From NCBI RefSeq assembly GCF_000181795.1, contig NW_003526941.1:9438038-9502037 (forward strand): 64,000 nt of DNA. The letters run 5' to 3'. Made by a program: the position numbers and the translations under genes. This document shows positions 61,718-64,000 of this stretch, piece by piece (position 1 is the stretch's first letter; each line of letters begins with the position of its first letter). This DNA is from Trichinella spiralis (taxonomy: Eukaryota). Below the pieces are notes generated by a model. That model saw nothing but the letters and a program-made list of their open reading frames with translations. It searched no databases and had not been told where the DNA came from.

Positions 61718-62263
61718 TCAGGTACGCAGGTAATGTTCAATTATGGCTGAAAAAGCTGCAAAGCTAACGGCTCCCAATATAGCTGGCTTTATACCAGCTC
61801 GAAGACCAATTAAGCCACCAGTTATTGCACCGGACAAAATTCCATTTTTCATGTCAGTTTTACCTCGATACGTTTCTACCGTGCATTCAAAACCAGCAAA
61901 CATTAAACCAAGAACTCCAAAATTTTTTGCATAAAGTACTGCACGTTGTCGAGTTTCTCGAATGACATCCTTTATTGTCACCTTGGCAGGATCGGCTATA
62001 GTGTGAACAGGGTCTACACTAGCTGTAAATATGCCAAACAGTGCTCCTGCACCGCATCCAACGACAGATGCCAAAATCGTCTTGAATATGCAGCTTTCCA
62101 TGACACGTTGAATGAAAACTTCTTCAGGCAAAAGTGGAGGTGGAGATGGGAAAGTTAGCGGAACAACTGCGTCATTTTGCATTTCTCCCTTACTTCTAGG
62201 CGATAAAAAAATGCGTTCTATAATACTGCGGTATGTTAATTTTTCATTGTCATTTTTCTCCAT
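61718..62263 (-). CDS. TIMM22: Mitochondrial import inner-membrane translocase TIM22, intronless CDS
   Basis: VMESCIFKT, AKNFGVLGLMFAGFECTVETYRGKTD.KN, GAITGGLIGLRAG, FAAFSAIIEHYLR. Confidence 0.95.
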   Translation of the reverse strand: MEKNDNEKLTYRSIIERIFLSPRSKGEMQNDAVVPLTFPSPPPLLPEEVFIQRVMESCIFKTILASVVGCGAGALFGIFTASVDPVHTIADPAKVTIKDVIRETRQRAVLYAKNFGVLGLMFAGFECTVETYRGKTDMKNGILSGAITGGLIGLRAGIKPAILGAVSFAAFSAIIEHYLRT

Positions 62264-63100
62264 AATTTTCTTTCGAAGTTAAACTCTTCAATCAATTACA
62301 GTAAGTCACAAAACTCAAGCAAATATACAAATATGCAATCACTAAAAAGCAGTGGATACATATTACTATTAAAAACTGAGTGTAAATTAATTAAAAGGTA
62401 AAGTGAACATGCATTTAATGTAAAATTTGCTGATATTATATTGATATTATTAATATGGTTGATTTTAACGTTTTCCCGTATTATTTCCAACTCTAAACAA
62501 ACCGGTTCCAAAACAAACAAATTTTTTCAACAAGAATAACCGGCTTGTTGGCGAAGAAATTTGTTCGGTTCTTTTCTTTCAAATTATAATAGAACAGTGA
62601 AAATTAATGGTTAAATCTGAATATAAATAAAATTGAAAATATTAATATATAATGTGTTTGAAACTATTTTGCATAACTTTGAAATGCTTTGTTTTAATGT
62701 TCGAATCTTATTATAAATTGATTACTCATATATTTTGATACTGTCATTTATTAGGACACTTCATTTTGAAATACTGTCATCAAAAATTGGCACAAAGTAC
62801 TAATAAATTTTTGGCGCCTTTGGTTACTGTATTTTGAATTTGAAATTCTCACACAGTGTTCAAGATCGGTCGCTGTCGGTGGAATAATTTACAAGCAACT
62901 ATGTGTTTTCAACTTCATTGGCATTTCAATAAATCGAATTCCAAAATCGTTTAAACAGTAAGTTGTATTTTCTTTTATTTGTTTTTCTATCTGCTTTCGA
63001 TTGTTCGTCATTTTATTTTAATATTTGACAATTTAAAAGTAATGGTAATATTTTTAATTGGGTAATTGAATACAGCTTTGTAAATAGTGTGGTAAAAAAA

Positions 63101-63835
63101 TTAAATATATTTCATTATGATTTCTTGTTTGTCGGCTATAGTTTGCAATTCCATCTTTACTGGCTGCTTAAAAAGGCAAGATAACAATTCTTCTGTAAAT
63201 CCGATTAACCAATACATCTTTGCACTGGTTATTTTCCTCTCTACAATACCAACTAGATATATAATGTTGCCACGCCTTTTTATCACAAGCTAAAATAGAT
63301 ATTAAATTGTAATGAAGTTCAAAATTGAAGGCATAAAATTGAATATCATCACTTCACTAGCGAATAAATTGGGCCAAATTCCTCTAACCAGTCGTCTGAT
63401 TATTTCATCGGCCGCCGCAGTTGGGCCTGATCGAATGCCTATCTCTTCTAAGTTGCCTAGAAGTTGAAAAAAAACAATAATGAATATATTTAAAAGAAAA
63501 AAAATAATTTTTCACCATGTTTGAATTATAGAATTATGAATAAATTAGCTTAGTATGAGAAAAGCAATTTTCTTATATCAAAATATACGTACTGGTATGC
63601 CATGTAAGCCAAGATTTTCGCACGCCGATTTGTTCAGGCTTTTGTGCCATTTCGTAAGTTAACGGCTTGGTACGGAATCGTGTCGTCTGTAGAAAAAGAA
63701 TAATTTTTACTTTTATCGATTCAGTGGAATTGTCGTTTTGTTTACTTTATGTTTTCCAGCCTGTGTTTTCCACAACGTGGCGGTCGTCGATAATGCACGA
63801 TAAATTGACGATTGAAATCGTTTTCCACTTAACAT
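63101..63835 (-). CDS. MRPS24: Mitochondrial ribosomal protein S24 (uS3m), multi-exon
   Basis: Presequence MLSGKRFQSSIYRALSTTATL, KPLTYEMAQKPEQIGVRKSWLTWHT, IKRRGN, YWLIGFTEELLSCLFKQPVKMELQT. Confidence 0.9.
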
Positions 63836-64000
63836 CGCAGCTTCAATTAAAAAAAAATTTTCATATCATTAAATAGTGAAAGTAATTTTTAAAAAAATAA
63901 CATGCATTTATAATTTTATGAAATCATCATTGGACAGATATAGTAATTTGCGCGAATGCATATCGTCGAAATTGTCAATTGGTTATTCAGCTTCATACTT

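Overview
AT-rich, intron-dense eukaryotic DNA with short (about 50-70 nt) GT-AG introns. The gene content (lin-66-like, NitFhit fusion, unc-36-like alpha2delta) points to a nematode, most plausibly a clade I/Trichinella-like genome; this is an inference. Most ORF-track entries are exon fragments or antisense shadows. Manual splicing gives about 19 protein genes and one tRNA-Glu(CTC). In window order: NOL9/Grc3 kinase, an intronless SENP/Ulp protease, a PET117-like microprotein, DEF8, Ca-channel alpha2delta, a secreted Ly6/uPAR three-finger protein, two intronless orphans, an SLC36 transporter, a WAP-(CC)3-WAP secreted protein, LIN-66-like, NitFhit, FAM210A, tRNA-Glu, ARHGAP39, MIA40, a spliced TOM6-like microprotein absent from the ORF track, an FGD-family RhoGEF, TIM22 and MRPS24. 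The best leads are: an unexplained ~270-nt highly base-paired element at 38.86-39.13 kb with U1-like topology and an Sm-like site; the hidden TOM6-like gene inside an operon-like mitochondrial-import cluster; a divergent pair of CTCF-like motifs at about 23 kb; and two secreted Cys-rich proteins with unusual architectures. All family calls come from motif recognition by eye; no database search was run.
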